The notes beneath the pieces are model-generated. The model was not told the DNA's origin. It did no database searches and was given only the letters and a program-made list of their open reading frames with translations. Position numbers and translations under genes: made by a program. This document shows positions 63,781 to 64,000 of a stretch of 64,000 nt of DNA, one piece after another. The number at the start of each line of letters is the position of its first letter. Position 1 is the first letter of the stretch. The stretch comes from Antedon mediterranea (lineage: Eukaryota; Animalia; Echinodermata): contig NC_092673.1 of assembly GCF_964355755.1 (NCBI RefSeq), positions 9,920,001 to 9,984,000 of the forward strand, in the 5' to 3' direction.

Positions 63781-64000
63781 GAATCCATTCTAGATAGATT
63801 ATTGGTAGTCTAATAATAGTTGTATTTAGTAAGTGTCGCCTACTAATATCATCGCGAAATATGCTAATGAGGCAAAAATCTACTAACGACTATAAAAAAT
63901 CTATCAAATATCTATCTACTAGTAGGTGATAAATAGGCGACAGCTCTATATCTACTAAGCCGGATAGACTATAAGGCTAACCGCTATAGAGCTATAACTA

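Noticed and set aside
46371-64000. Third MRRF coding exon
   Set aside because: Candidate acceptors checked (about 47380, 50153, 53137, 56486, 61860) give early stops or no RRF-like peptide.

Overview
AT-rich animal genomic DNA. The TE repertoire and abundant AGGCCTAG motifs suggest a marine invertebrate, possibly an echinoderm (inference). Most of the window is nested transposable elements inside the introns of one host gene. Two + strand coding exons (19278-19432 and 46230-46370, joined by a 26.8-kb phase-1 intron) encode an apparent mitochondrial presequence and the first helix of mitochondrial ribosome recycling factor (MRRF). The TEs include decayed Gypsy elements (CsRn1 and Mag clades), a Copia remnant, a solo LTR, CR1/L2/RTE LINE fragments (one with a 2A StopGo motif), MITEs of Kolobok, Harbinger, Tc1/pogo, Zator, MULE and Academ type, and satellite arrays. 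The most striking structure is a 10.3-kb nest of seven non-autonomous Helentron (HINE) elements at 21257-31521. Its seven heads and seven tails parse like balanced brackets, A(B(C))D E(F(G)) inside A, indicating repeated insertion into the family's own T-rich tract. Tiny CAT..ATG hairpins flanked by 7-bp duplications look like P-element excision footprints. All calls were made by eye without database searches; coordinates may be off by a few bases.
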